Part shown: positions 33,339-43,212 of the stretch, in pieces | Position numbering within the stretch: position 1 is the stretch's first letter | Layout: each line of letters opens with the position of its first letter | Source of the DNA: a bacterium | GTDB taxonomy: Bacteria > Patescibacteriota > Patescibacteriia > 2-12-FULL-60-25 | Length of the DNA: 60,658 nt | Assembly (NCBI GenBank): GCA_035906575.1 | Contig: JAMIEW010000040.1 | Location: forward strand, 1-60,658 | Direction of reading: 5' to 3' | Program-made: the position numbers and the translations under genes | Notes under the pieces: generated by a model | Told to the model about the DNA's origin: nothing | The model's database searches: none | The model's input: only the letters and a program-made list of their open reading frames with translations

Positions 33339-35645
33339 CTAAAAACCGGATTCTTCGTCTTCGTCGGTATTCATGTCCATGATATCGGCGGTAGCGGCTA
33401 CGGCGGCACTGAGAGCGGCGTTTTCACTTGATCGGGTGAATTCTGTTTTGAGAATCTCGCGAGGCTTGGCGCCATCTGATGGACCGATGAATCCTTGCTG
33501 CTCAAGCACATCAAGAATACGTGCAGCGCGGGCGTACCCTACTTTCAAACGGCGCTGCAATAATGACGCAGACGCTTTGCCAGCACGAACGATTTCTTCT
33601 TTTGCCATCTCTGCGAGCGGATCATTGTCCATGTCATCACCGCCACCCCCGCCAAAAGCGGTATCATTTGCTGATGGGCGTTCGGTGACCGAATAATCAT
33701 AGTCGGCCGGTTCATATTGTGATTTAACGAATTCAACAACACGCCCAATTTCTGCTTCAGAAACAAAGGCGCCCTGAATACGCTTTGGCATGGTGAGCTC
33801 AGCGGTCGACAGCAACATATCACCACGACCAAGAAGTTTTTCAGCACCCTGCTGATCAAGAATGGTGCGAGAGTCAGTTGCCGATGCGACAGCAAACGCG
33901 ATGCGCCCTGGGATATTCGCCTTGATCAAACCCGTAATAACATCTACCGAAGGACGCTGCGTAGCGAGAATCAAGTGAATACCAACGGCACGCGACATCT
34001 GTGCCAAGCGCACGATTGGACCTTCAACTTCAGCCGCTGATGTCACCATCAAATCTGCCAACTCATCAATCATGATGACGATATAGGGCATTTTTTCTGT
34101 CGCGAAGCGCTGGTTAAAGGTGGCGAGATCACGCACGCCGCGTTGTGCTAACAAGTCATAGCGGCGATCCATCTCACGCAAGGCCCACTTAAGGGCATTG
34201 ACCGTTTCAGGGACCTTGGTAATCACCGGCGTTAGCAAGTGTGGGATCCCATTATAGTTTTGCAACTCAACACGCTTCGGATCAACCATGATCAACTTCA
34301 CGTCATCTGGGCTAAGCCCATAGAGATACGACATGATGATGGTGTTCAAACAAACCGACTTACCCGAGCCCGTCGCACCAGCGACTAACATATGCGGCAT
34401 GCGAATCAAATCAGCGACCCAAGGTTTACCGGCGACATCTTTACCTAAGACAAAGGTGAGTGGGCTTTTGCGTTCTTTAAACTCTTTGGAGTCGATGAGT
34501 TCGCGAAGGCCAACCGTGGCGATCGTTTGATTTGGCACCTCAACACCGACCATAGATTTGCCAGGGATAGGAGCTTCGATACGAATTGGGTGAGCAGCGA
34601 GCGCGAGCGCCAAATCGTTGTGAAGAGCGGTGATACGTGAAAGCTTAATACCTTCGGATGGTTTGAACGCGAATTGCGTCACGGTTGGGCCAACAGCAAC
34701 CTCATTCATCTCAACCGGAATACCAAAATTCTCAAGGGTGCGGCGAATCACTTCGCGATTATGCACAATATCACCTGCCTGTGGACGAGAATCGCGACGT
34801 TCAAGCAAGTCTACCGAAACATCGATGCGTGGTTGGCGGCGTCTCTTAGCGATGGGTTTTTGGATCACGTCTTCGCTGTCTTCTTCATCTTCAGACTCCT
34901 CTTCGTCTACCTCCTCATCACCTTCTACTTCTTCATCTTCTTCGATTACTTCGTCTTCTTCTAAATCGGTACTTGGCTCTTCTTCGAGAACATCCTCATT
35001 ATCTTGCAAACTGTAGACGGTTTTATCGGCTTGTTCTTTTGCTTGGGATTTTTGTTGCATCCAGCGCATGATTGGCACAATCAGGGCACGGCAAAAGGCT
35101 GCTACCGATTTCCAAACGATATCAATGACAAAAAGAATCTGTCGCAGTGACGCATTGAACCCAAGCAAGCCCGCGAGGACGAGGAGAGCAATAAAGACGG
35201 TCACGGCACCTGCAAAGCCCAACATCGCGATAAACGGTTCAGCGAGCATCATGCCAAGCTTGCCGCCTGCCTTCATGAGAGCGCTGTCTGCGATCGGTAA
35301 GGCACCTTGGTCAGCAAAGGTGAATGCATGAACCAACGGATTAACCGACAAGAACAAAAAAAGAAATCCGATCACGTTACGAAAACGTAAAACCAAGCGA
35401 TCAGGCGCTAAAACATGGTAGGCCCAAGCAAAGAGCAAAAACGGCACAACGAGACGGTCCCAGCCAAAGACATAGGCAAGCGCCTCATCAAGAGCGCGGC
35501 CAAAAGCGCCAGCTAAGTCAAAAAGCCCCAGCAACATCAAGGCGCCAAACACAAACAAAAACACGATCCCGACGGCTTTGCGGGTATCGGGGTCGAGCGA
35601 CAAATCAAGCGCCGGCTTTCTTCTTCTGGCCATGGTTGGGGGCAT
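33339..35645 (-). CDS. ftsK: DNA translocase FtsK/SpoIIIE
   Basis: N-terminal TM segments, an acidic linker, Walker A GATGSGKS, and a C-terminal gamma (winged-helix) domain LLQRRLKVGYARAARILD. Confidence 0.95.
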   Translation of the reverse strand: MPPTMARRRKPALDLSLDPDTRKAVGIVFLFVFGALMLLGLFDLAGAFGRALDEALAYVFGWDRLVVPFLLFAWAYHVLAPDRLVLRFRNVIGFLFLFLSVNPLVHAFTFADQGALPIADSALMKAGGKLGMMLAEPFIAMLGFAGAVTVFIALLVLAGLLGFNASLRQILFVIDIVWKSVAAFCRALIVPIMRWMQQKSQAKEQADKTVYSLQDNEDVLEEEPSTDLEEDEVIEEDEEVEGDEEVDEEESEDEEDSEDVIQKPIAKRRRQPRIDVSVDLLERRDSRPQAGDIVHNREVIRRTLENFGIPVEMNEVAVGPTVTQFAFKPSEGIKLSRITALHNDLALALAAHPIRIEAPIPGKSMVGVEVPNQTIATVGLRELIDSKEFKERKSPLTFVLGKDVAGKPWVADLIRMPHMLVAGATGSGKSVCLNTIIMSYLYGLSPDDVKLIMVDPKRVELQNYNGIPHLLTPVITKVPETVNALKWALREMDRRYDLLAQRGVRDLATFNQRFATEKMPYIVIMIDELADLMVTSAAEVEGPIVRLAQMSRAVGIHLILATQRPSVDVITGLIKANIPGRIAFAVASATDSRTILDQQGAEKLLGRGDMLLSTAELTMPKRIQGAFVSEAEIGRVVEFVKSQYEPADYDYSVTERPSANDTAFGGGGGDDMDNDPLAEMAKEEIVRAGKASASLLQRRLKVGYARAARILDVLEQQGFIGPSDGAKPREILKTEFTRSSENAALSAAVAATADIMDMNTDEDEESGF

Positions 35646-35722
35646 CTTAACACAAAAGGTGTTCAGTGAAAAAGCGCTCGTTTACTTGTCTTTTATGCGT
35701 ATAAACGGCAAGATACAACCCT

Positions 35723-37006
35723 ATGAGAATTGCCGTCATTGGTACTGGATATGTGGGGTTGGTCTCTGGCACCTGCTTTGCCGAGATTGGTCACGATGTT
35801 GTTTGTGTCGATGTCCATCCAGAAAAAATTAAGAACCTTAAAAAAGGCATCATACCCATTCATGAGGATGGATTAGAAGACATGGTCAAACGCCACCACT
35901 CCCATGGCTCGCTCAGATTTACCACCGACTATGCAGACGCAATCCCTGGCGCTGAAGTCGTATTGATCGCGGTTGGGACGCCATCATCAGCTGATGGCGC
36001 GGCAGATCTTCGTTTTGTTTTTCAAGCCGCCGAAGAGATTGGTAAACATCTCACCGACTATACCGTTATCGTCAACAAATCGACGGTACCCATTGGCACC
36101 GCTGACCAAGTGACGAATTTTGTATCAAAACACGCGAACCACGCATTTGACGTTGTCTCGAATCCAGAAATATTGCGCGAAGGGATTGCGGTGAATGATT
36201 TTATGAATCCGTCACGCATTATCATCGGATCAGCGTCCTCCAAAGCAACAGAAAGAATGCTTGAACTCTATGCGCCTCTTGCCTGCCAAAAACTTATCAT
36301 GTCGACACGCTCAGCAGAACTGACAAAATACGCAGCAAACTCATTTATCGCCACAAAAATCAGCTATATTAACGAGCTCGCGCGCTTTGCTGAAAAAATT
36401 GGCGCCTCGATCGAAGATGTCGCGCTCGGTATCGGCACCGATCCACGTATCGGGATGGGTTCATTGCGCCCAGGCCCAGGTTGGGGCGGATCCTGCTTTC
36501 CGAAAGATGTGAAGGCAATGATGCATATGGCACATGAACAAGACATGGACATGTCGATCATTGAAGCCGCGCACCATTCAAATATCGCTATGCGAGAGCA
36601 TGTGGTGAAGCGTCTTGAAAACGCCCTAGGTGATTTATCGGGCAAAACCATTGGCGTTCTTGGTATCGCCTTTAAAAACAATACCGACGACATTCGTGAA
36701 TCGCCGGCGATTGATATCATGAAACATCTCGCCTTTCGCGGCGCATCAATACAAGCCTATGACCCTTTGGCAGCACGCGGTGAAGATGAGCATATCGGTA
36801 CGTTTAAGCGCGTAGCCTCATCCTTGGAGGCGGCAAACGATGCTGACGCCCTACTCATCGCTACTGAATGGGAAGAGTTCAAGCATATTGATCTCGCATC
36901 AATTTCAACCACTATGCGAGGCAATATCTTATTTGATGCGCGCAATATGCTGCAGGCTAGCGATAAACGTTTAGGGGCCTTCACCTATTTAAGAATCGGA
37001 AATTAG
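35723..37006 (+). CDS. ugd: UDP-glucose 6-dehydrogenase
   Basis: MRIAVIGTGYVGLVSG Rossmann start and GGSCFPKD catalytic-Cys motif. Confidence 0.92.
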   Translation: MRIAVIGTGYVGLVSGTCFAEIGHDVVCVDVHPEKIKNLKKGIIPIHEDGLEDMVKRHHSHGSLRFTTDYADAIPGAEVVLIAVGTPSSADGAADLRFVFQAAEEIGKHLTDYTVIVNKSTVPIGTADQVTNFVSKHANHAFDVVSNPEILREGIAVNDFMNPSRIIIGSASSKATERMLELYAPLACQKLIMSTRSAELTKYAANSFIATKISYINELARFAEKIGASIEDVALGIGTDPRIGMGSLRPGPGWGGSCFPKDVKAMMHMAHEQDMDMSIIEAAHHSNIAMREHVVKRLENALGDLSGKTIGVLGIAFKNNTDDIRESPAIDIMKHLAFRGASIQAYDPLAARGEDEHIGTFKRVASSLEAANDADALLIATEWEEFKHIDLASISTTMRGNILFDARNMLQASDKRLGAFTYLRIGN

Positions 37007-37914
37007 AGCTTCCAAAGATTCATCAACTCTTTTAACCCCAATTCAAAAGCAATGCTCGGCTCCCAGCCGAGTTTTTGTTTTGTTTCTGAAATATCTGCAA
37101 GCGAATCTGCTGGGTCGCCTTTTCCGCGCGGATTTTCAAGATAAGCGCGTTCGCCTCCCATAATATCGGCGACGTCATTTACTGAATACGACAATCCGGA
37201 ACCAACATTCAACACATCTCCCCCATCGACGGCTGGCGAAAGCATTGCTTCAAGATTTGCTCGCGCAATATCTTTTACATGCACAAAATCACGCGTTTGT
37301 TTGCCATCGCCAAAAATCGTCATCGGCAAACCTTTGCGTTTTTGTTGAGCAAAAATTGAAATCACATTTACATATGCACCGACATCCGCCATACGTGGAC
37401 CATAGGCATTAAAATAACGCAGAGAGACGGTCTCGAGACCAAACAACAAAGAGAACTGTTTGCAGTACAATTCACCAACAAACTTTTGCAATGCGTACGG
37501 ATTCAATGGATCCGCCTTCATATTCGTTGTCGCCGGCAAAATCGTCGGATTACCATAAGCTGCTGCTGACGCACTGTAGACGAGACGCTTCACCTTCGCG
37601 TCGCGTGCCGCCATCAAAACATTAAGCGTGCCATCAATATTCACGAGATGCGTTTTCATCGGGTCTTCAATAGACATCGTCACGCTCGGCATCGCCGCTA
37701 AATGAAAGACGCCATCAATATTTGTGAACGCAGGGCGGATTGCTTCAAGATCACAAATATCCGCCTCAAAAAGCTCGACACCTTCAGCGAGATTTTCGCT
37801 AATGCCGGTCGAAAGATTGTCCAAAACACGCACGCGATGACCTTGCGCCAAAAGTAGCTCGCAGACATGCGAACCAATGAAGCCGGCGCCGCCGGTGACG
37901 AGGTAGAAGGACAT
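37003..37914 (-). CDS. NAD-dependent epimerase/dehydratase (UDP-sugar epimerase-like)
   Basis: VTGGAGFIGSH and the YxxxK motif (YALQKFVGE). Start taken at the internal Met. Confidence 0.85.
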   Translation of the reverse strand: MSFYLVTGGAGFIGSHVCELLLAQGHRVRVLDNLSTGISENLAEGVELFEADICDLEAIRPAFTNIDGVFHLAAMPSVTMSIEDPMKTHLVNIDGTLNVLMAARDAKVKRLVYSASAAAYGNPTILPATTNMKADPLNPYALQKFVGELYCKQFSLLFGLETVSLRYFNAYGPRMADVGAYVNVISIFAQQKRKGLPMTIFGDGKQTRDFVHVKDIARANLEAMLSPAVDGGDVLNVGSGLSYSVNDVADIMGGERAYLENPRGKGDPADSLADISETKQKLGWEPSIAFELGLKELMNLWKL

Positions 37915-37918
37915 AATT

Positions 37919-39127
37919 CTAATGCCTATTGGTAGCAATCTCCTCCATCAAGGCATGATAACGGGCTTGGCCTTCTTCAATATCTGGCACAAGACGTCGC
38001 ACAAAACGCGCATGCTCAAGCGCATCAAGATAGGCTTCATCGTCGGTACGCCAATTTGCCGCAATACGATTATAACGCGAAGGCTGGATCAATTGACGTG
38101 CGACACGCTCTTCCCAGGTGGATTTATCGCCTTCGACCGGCTCTACGTTTGGGAGGGTTAAAATCACCCCGGCTGTTTCTGCAAAATATTCTTGATAGCG
38201 TCGAGCGAGCTCAACCCGCTCGTTATCAAATTCAATCGATCGAGGATATTCAAATGGAAGCGCGCCTTCACCCGGGGCGGGCATAGCCTGTTCATCCCCC
38301 AAGAAACCGACAATGTTATTACGCAAACTCTGAAGAAAGATATCCGATGAAACTTCACTTGTTGCACCAAGCGTTCTAGACCGATCTGTCATCCAATCCA
38401 TTGCCCAGAGACGTATTTCGGGTTTCAGTGTAGACGAAGTCATTGGTTCGTTCGCATGCGCTATTTCATGAACCAGAACTCGCATCAGGTAGGCCAATCG
38501 TTGGTCTCTTGGCCTGTCACTGATCGCTCTGCCTGAAAGCTCAATGCGCGCACCAACTCCAACTGTGCGAGACGATATACACCTGCCAGCAGCTCTCGAT
38601 AATACACCTTCTCGAATGCCGTATGACCCAGGCAGCTCGCCTTCAGAGACAACGATATTCTCAACATTTCTAATAGAAAGCCATTCTTCTGGCAAAAGCT
38701 CAGTTGTTAGTTGTTGAATTTGCTCAGTGGAGTATCCAAGCTGTTCGAATCCCTCAAATACCGTGCGAGGATGCTCTCTATTTCGCAACTCTTCTCGATA
38801 CTTTTGCAGATCTGTTTCGGCATCAATATACCGATCGATACGACCCAATGTACCAGAGCCTAATGCTTGCCTGATCCTTTCTCTGGACTCTTCCGTATCC
38901 GAGACGGGTGACTCAATAACAGGCGCTTCGGGCGAATGCGTGGCGGATTCTGCCGCAATACCCATGGCGCCTGCCAAAGCCACTTGCAACCATTTAGATT
39001 TGAATGATTTTGCACGCGAGACAAGAGACTGTTCTAAGACAGACTTCTTCTCCTTTGCATTCACCGGAGCTTTTTCTGGGGTAGGCGTGGGTATTTGTTC
39101 GCCCTGTATTTGTGTCTTCTCGTTCAT
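37919..39127 (-). CDS. putative secreted zinc metallopeptidase-like protein (HExxH)
   Basis: 402 aa. N-terminal hydrophobic segment (WLQVALAGAMGIAA) and VLVHEIAHANEP motif. Confidence 0.55.
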   Translation of the reverse strand: MNEKTQIQGEQIPTPTPEKAPVNAKEKKSVLEQSLVSRAKSFKSKWLQVALAGAMGIAAESATHSPEAPVIESPVSDTEESRERIRQALGSGTLGRIDRYIDAETDLQKYREELRNREHPRTVFEGFEQLGYSTEQIQQLTTELLPEEWLSIRNVENIVVSEGELPGSYGIREGVLSRAAGRCISSRTVGVGARIELSGRAISDRPRDQRLAYLMRVLVHEIAHANEPMTSSTLKPEIRLWAMDWMTDRSRTLGATSEVSSDIFLQSLRNNIVGFLGDEQAMPAPGEGALPFEYPRSIEFDNERVELARRYQEYFAETAGVILTLPNVEPVEGDKSTWEERVARQLIQPSRYNRIAANWRTDDEAYLDALEHARFVRRLVPDIEEGQARYHALMEEIATNRH

Positions 39128-39131
39128 AGTA

Positions 39132-39605
39132 TTAAGTGAGTGACTTGGTGAAGGCGTCGAGCTCAGTCTCGGGCCAGAGACTCAATATCTTTGCGTATCG
39201 GTAGATTTCGGCATCATTCTCTGTTATTTGAAGCAGATTCTCCCAAACCCTGATCTTTTCACCGTCCATAGCAAGTATTTCACATCCAGAAAGTTCAGCA
39301 TGACTCGTGAACGCTTTTATAAAGTCAGTGTCATTTAACGCAATGAATACTGACACCATAGCAAGCCCTTCTTCAAATCCCATCGGTCTCAAAAGCGGGG
39401 TGCCTACGTTCAGGCAATTACCCCAATCTAATCGTACTTTTGCGCTCTCGCTAAGTTGTTCTGCGTGAAACCTTCCGCCAACCGTCTTCACGGTGCCTTG
39501 ATACAAGCCATCTTTTGTAAACACGCAGAGCATCATATAGAAGGAGCATAAGGTACGTGAGTCGATAAATCCAGCGCCGTCCGTTGACGCCTTTATCGGT
39601 TTCAT
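39132..39605 (-). CDS. hypothetical protein
   Basis: 157-aa ORF lying 4 nt upstream of the HExxH gene. No motif recognised. Confidence 0.5.
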   Translation of the reverse strand: MKPIKASTDGAGFIDSRTLCSFYMMLCVFTKDGLYQGTVKTVGGRFHAEQLSESAKVRLDWGNCLNVGTPLLRPMGFEEGLAMVSVFIALNDTDFIKAFTSHAELSGCEILAMDGEKIRVWENLLQITENDAEIYRYAKILSLWPETELDAFTKSLT

Positions 39606-39619
39606 GGAACGGGGTAGTT

Positions 39620-40822
39620 ATGACCTTTGCCCGCTTCAGCGGCCATTTATTATTGGCCTTCATTCTTGGCGTCGCGCTCGCGAGCTTTAGTTGGTTTATT
39701 TGCGTATTAGGCGCCTGTCTTTGCTTGGCGCTTTATCTCAGTGTCTTTCATCTTGAACCTACGCATATCGCTGGTTTGCTTTTGTGTTTTTGTTTTGGTG
39801 TGTGGCGATTTGATGCAGCGTCAGTTGGCGCAAAAAATCTCGTCCCATTAAAAAATACTTCGCTCTCGACAAGTGCATGCCTCAAACCGGTAAGTGATAT
39901 CCCCTTTCTTACAACAATACGTACCGGGCTCAGTGAACGCATCAAGCAACGATTGCCCGGCGACGAAGGCGCGTTGTTGGCGGGCACACTTTATGGCGAA
40001 CGTGGTTTGAGTTCTGAAATGAAGCTGGCTTTTCGCAATTCAGGCATGACGCATCTTGTTGCCGTAAGCGGCTCAAACCTCTCGATCATTGCAACGGCGC
40101 TCTTTTCGCTTTTAGGTGGACTGCTGCTGCGCAAGCGCACCATGGTTAGCGTTTTACTTTTATCAATCGCTCTCTTTATTTTGTTTGTTGGTTTACAAGC
40201 ACCCGTCGTGCGAGCTGGCATTATGGCCGTCTTGGCCGCATCCGCTCCGCTCGCGGGACGTATCCCTAATGGACCGCGCCTATTACTTGTTTCCTGCGCG
40301 CTCTTCACTTTCTTTCGTCCATGCGCATTGTTATTTGATCCGTCTTTTGCGCTGTCGTTTTTTGCGACGTGGGGATTGATGTCGTATGGATCCGCACTGA
40401 ATGAAGCGCTGAAGAAATACATTAAACCCGATCTTATCCGCTCACTTTTAGCTGAGACTTGTGGCGCATCCCTCATGACCATGCCTTATGCCGCGTGGGC
40501 GTTTGGACAAGTGAGCTTGCTAGGTCTTGTGAGCAATCTTTTTGCTGTGCCGATTGTGCCGTGGGCGATGAGTCTTGGGAGTTTGTGTTTACTTTTGCCC
40601 GAGTGGACGCAGAGCTGCAAAGCCGCCGAAGGCACGTTAAGTGCGATGCTTTGGATCGCGAAGCTCGCGAATGCATTACCGTATGGCGTTTGGCAAAAAG
40701 TTCTGTTTACGTGGCCGAGCCTGCTCATCGCGATGAGTGTTTTGATCTATTACGCGCTTCAATTGCAGTATCGACATGTGGATAAGAGTGATGAAAAAAC
40801 CTTTTTGTCACCACTCGCGTGA
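39620..40822 (+). CDS. comEC: ComEC/Rec2-family competence membrane protein
   Basis: Polytopic. GMTHLVAVSGSNLSII core motif. Start set at ATG 39620. The ORF extends to TTG 39584. Confidence 0.8.
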   Translation: MTFARFSGHLLLAFILGVALASFSWFICVLGACLCLALYLSVFHLEPTHIAGLLLCFCFGVWRFDAASVGAKNLVPLKNTSLSTSACLKPVSDIPFLTTIRTGLSERIKQRLPGDEGALLAGTLYGERGLSSEMKLAFRNSGMTHLVAVSGSNLSIIATALFSLLGGLLLRKRTMVSVLLLSIALFILFVGLQAPVVRAGIMAVLAASAPLAGRIPNGPRLLLVSCALFTFFRPCALLFDPSFALSFFATWGLMSYGSALNEALKKYIKPDLIRSLLAETCGASLMTMPYAAWAFGQVSLLGLVSNLFAVPIVPWAMSLGSLCLLLPEWTQSCKAAEGTLSAMLWIAKLANALPYGVWQKVLFTWPSLLIAMSVLIYYALQLQYRHVDKSDEKTFLSPLA

Positions 40823-40843
40823 CGGATTCTTTTCGCGCATAAA

Positions 40844-41095
40844 ATGATTCTATGTAGCGATTGTCATTCGTCTATCGCGCCAGCTTTGTTGCAAAGAATG
40901 ACTTCACTTATCGTTAATAGCGGTCGTGAGACCACGGTTCACACAACGGTTACTACTGTTTTTTTACTCGTTGTCGGTTGGGTGCAGACCGGGACATCAC
41001 CGGACCGGTCATGCACGGCGCTCTGGAATTTTTCTGGAACGCATGTCGTTGCACAACGCGTAAAAACAAATGATGGAGTTCGCTTCTTTTCATAA
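40844..41095 (+). CDS. hypothetical protein (weak)
   Basis: 83-aa ORF only. No SD and no recognised motif. Confidence 0.2.
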   Translation: MILCSDCHSSIAPALLQRMTSLIVNSGRETTVHTTVTTVFLLVVGWVQTGTSPDRSCTALWNFSGTHVVAQRVKTNDGVRFFS

Positions 41096-41152
41096 ACCAC
41101 TCGATTGCTGATATCGCATTAGCAACGAAGCTTCTGAAACGTTTCTAACTGA

Positions 41153-41304
41153 CTCACGTCTCTTCATTTGGTGTCCTGGTGCCAAAATCCGTGATAGAGG
41201 GTGGCGATCCTGACCCCGCCGCCCTCTGACACGTGAGGCGTTGGTGCCGAATTATTCGCCGCGATAGCGAATAGCTCGGCACTAATGCCCTAAGGAGAAT
41301 ACTC
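41153..41304 (+). promoter_or_regulatory. structured leader of the GC-rich lipoprotein gene
   Basis: CTCACGT (41153-41159) / ACGTGAG (41230-41236) encloses the 11-bp hairpin AGAGGGTGGCG/CGCCGCCCTCT. A second nested hairpin is GTGCCGA..ATTCGC..GCGAAT..TCGGCAC. The duplicated GTGCC could compete for GGCAC. TAAGGAG SD. Confidence 0.35.
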
Positions 41305-41910
41305 ATGTCACGCTGTACCTCGATGGCTCTGCTCATTTGTCTCGGGTTCTTGTTTGGATGTGAAACCACATCCGACCCATCCTTTCGCACACCTTCACTC
41401 GGAGGCGACGCGGGCACAGATGAGCCTGCTTCGTGGGAAGGTGACTGGACCTGGGAAGAACCGGTCGAAACACCCGACGCTTCATGCGGATCGGTTGTCG
41501 AAACCGATGCCGGATCTCATGCAGAATGTCCCAACGGACAAAAACTGCAGGGGGATCTACGCATCAGCGTCTCGTATGGGTTGATCCCTGGCTGCGTTGC
41601 TGGCCATGTCATCCACCTCTGGGGCGGAGACGGCGAAGAATACACATCTTCACCCGACCAAGATTTGGTCGTACCGCTCGCTACTGCGTGGCGTGGGTGG
41701 CTCGCCTTCAATGTCACTTGCGGCAATAACTGGGACGAGCGCGTTGTGTGGTCGGCGACAACGCTTGATGATCTCGTCGAACACGGACGCATCACCGTAA
41801 CAGGTAATGGATTCGATCTAAGTGAATCCATCAAGGCCTGCGCCTCAGTAACGGGCAGCACGACGTTGTTGCCATTTATCCCGCTCACGTGCGGCGATAA
41901 TCCGTGCTAG
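41305..41910 (+). CDS. putative lipoprotein (GC-rich island D)
   Basis: Signal peptide with lipobox LFGC (MSRCTSMALLICLGFLFGCETT). 201 aa, Cys-rich. No other motif. Confidence 0.7.
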   Translation: MSRCTSMALLICLGFLFGCETTSDPSFRTPSLGGDAGTDEPASWEGDWTWEEPVETPDASCGSVVETDAGSHAECPNGQKLQGDLRISVSYGLIPGCVAGHVIHLWGGDGEEYTSSPDQDLVVPLATAWRGWLAFNVTCGNNWDERVVWSATTLDDLVEHGRITVTGNGFDLSESIKACASVTGSTTLLPFIPLTCGDNPC

Positions 41911-41927
41911 GCGCCGTCACAACAACT

Positions 41928-41966
41928 GAATCCCCGCCGTTTACGCCTGTAACGGCGGGGATTTTC
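41928..41966 (+). terminator. intrinsic terminator
   Basis: AATCCCCGCCGTT-tacgcctgt-AACGGCGGGGATT followed by TTTCTT. Confidence 0.8.
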
Positions 41967-42045
41967 TTCATCCATCCACAGGCATTGCTTTACACTCCCT
42001 TTCATTCGTCCTATCGTATAGAACATAAACAGAACACTTAACCTT

Positions 42046-43131
42046 ATGGCCAAAAAAACAACGGACGAAAACTCCGGCAAAAAAGCAGCGATCTCAGGAG
42101 CAATCGATCAAATTCGTGAAAAGTTTGGTGATGGGTCCATCATGAAAATGGGCGATGCCCGTAAAATGCAGATCGAGGCCATCCCAACCGGCTGTCTCTC
42201 AATTGATATGGCGCTTGGCGTCCTCGGTGTGCCTCGCGGCCGTATTATCGAAATTTACGGTCCAGAGTCGTCTGGTAAAACGACGCTCGCCCAACACATC
42301 ATTGCCGAAGCACAAAAACGCGGAGGTGTTGCTGCCTTCGTTGATGCCGAGCATGCGCTCGACCCAGACTATGCGCGCAAGATCGGTGTTGATGTCGACA
42401 ATCTTCTTATCTCTCAACCAGATAATGGTGAACAAGCGCTCGACATTGTTGAAACGCTCGTTCGCTCAAATGCGATTGATGTCATCGTGATCGATTCGGT
42501 AGCCGCTCTTACGCCAAAAGCTGAAATCGATGGTGAGATGGGTGACTCCCATATGGGCTTGCACGCTCGCTTGATGAGCCAAGCCCTTCGCAAACTCACC
42601 GCCATTATCTCGCGCTCAAATACGACGGTTATCTTCATTAACCAAATTCGTATGAAGATCGGTGTGATGTTTGGCAATCCAGAAACAACCACGGGTGGTA
42701 ATGCGCTTAAGTTTTACTCATCGTTGCGTATCGAGATTCGCCGCGCTGCCCAGATCAAGCTTGGTGAAAAAATCATTGGTAACCACGTAAAAGTAAAGGT
42801 CGTAAAAAACAAAGTTGCCGCTCCGTTTAGAACGTGTGAATTCGACATTATGTACAATGAGGGTATCTCACTCGCTGGCGATATTCTTGATGTCGGTACT
42901 GAGCTAGGCGTCATTCAAAAATCAGGTCACTCCTACTCCTTCAATGGGGAAAAGTTGGGGATGGGACGTGAAAACGCTAAAGCCGGTCTCAAAGAACGCC
43001 CAACCATGATCGCCGAAATTCGCGAAAAAGCGATTGCCGCCTGGCAAGCCGCCGAAAACGCAGGCAATGTCGCAAAGCCTGATCCTGAAGGTGATTCTGA
43101 TGAAGACGGCGAAGAACCGACTGAAGAATAG
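42046..43131 (+). CDS. recA: recombinase RecA
   Basis: [16 protein letters not shown] Walker A, and the [14 protein letters not shown] and [22 protein letters not shown] blocks. Confidence 0.98.
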   Translation: MAKKTTDENSGKKAAISGAIDQIREKFGDGSIMKMGDARKMQIEAIPTGCLSIDMALGVLGVPRGRIIEIYGPESSGKTTLAQHIIAEAQKRGGVAAFVDAEHALDPDYARKIGVDVDNLLISQPDNGEQALDIVETLVRSNAIDVIVIDSVAALTPKAEIDGEMGDSHMGLHARLMSQALRKLTAIISRSNTTVIFINQIRMKIGVMFGNPETTTGGNALKFYSSLRIEIRRAAQIKLGEKIIGNHVKVKVVKNKVAAPFRTCEFDIMYNEGISLAGDILDVGTELGVIQKSGHSYSFNGEKLGMGRENAKAGLKERPTMIAEIREKAIAAWQAAENAGNVAKPDPEGDSDEDGEEPTEE

Positions 43132-43141
43132 ATCCACCCTG

Positions 43142-43166
43142 CCCTCCTTTCGCAAGGAGGGTTTTG
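43142..43166 (+). terminator. intrinsic terminator of recA
   Basis: CCCTCCTT-tcgc-AAGGAGGG followed by TTTTGG. Confidence 0.7.
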
Positions 43167-43169
43167 GTT

Positions 43170-43200
43170 ATAAAAGCCCCTTCCTTGCGAAAGGAAGGGG
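43170..43200 (-). terminator. intrinsic terminator of ychF
   Basis: On the minus strand, CCCCTTCCTT-tcgc-AAGGAAGGGG is followed by CTTTTAT. Confidence 0.65.
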
Positions 43201-43212
43201 TTGGGGATGGAT

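Noticed and set aside
41975-42045. LexA/SOS box upstream of recA (AGAACATAAACAGAACA).
   Set aside because: The GAACA motifs are direct repeats, not inverted ones. They match neither CTGT-N8-ACAG nor GAAC-N4-GTTC.
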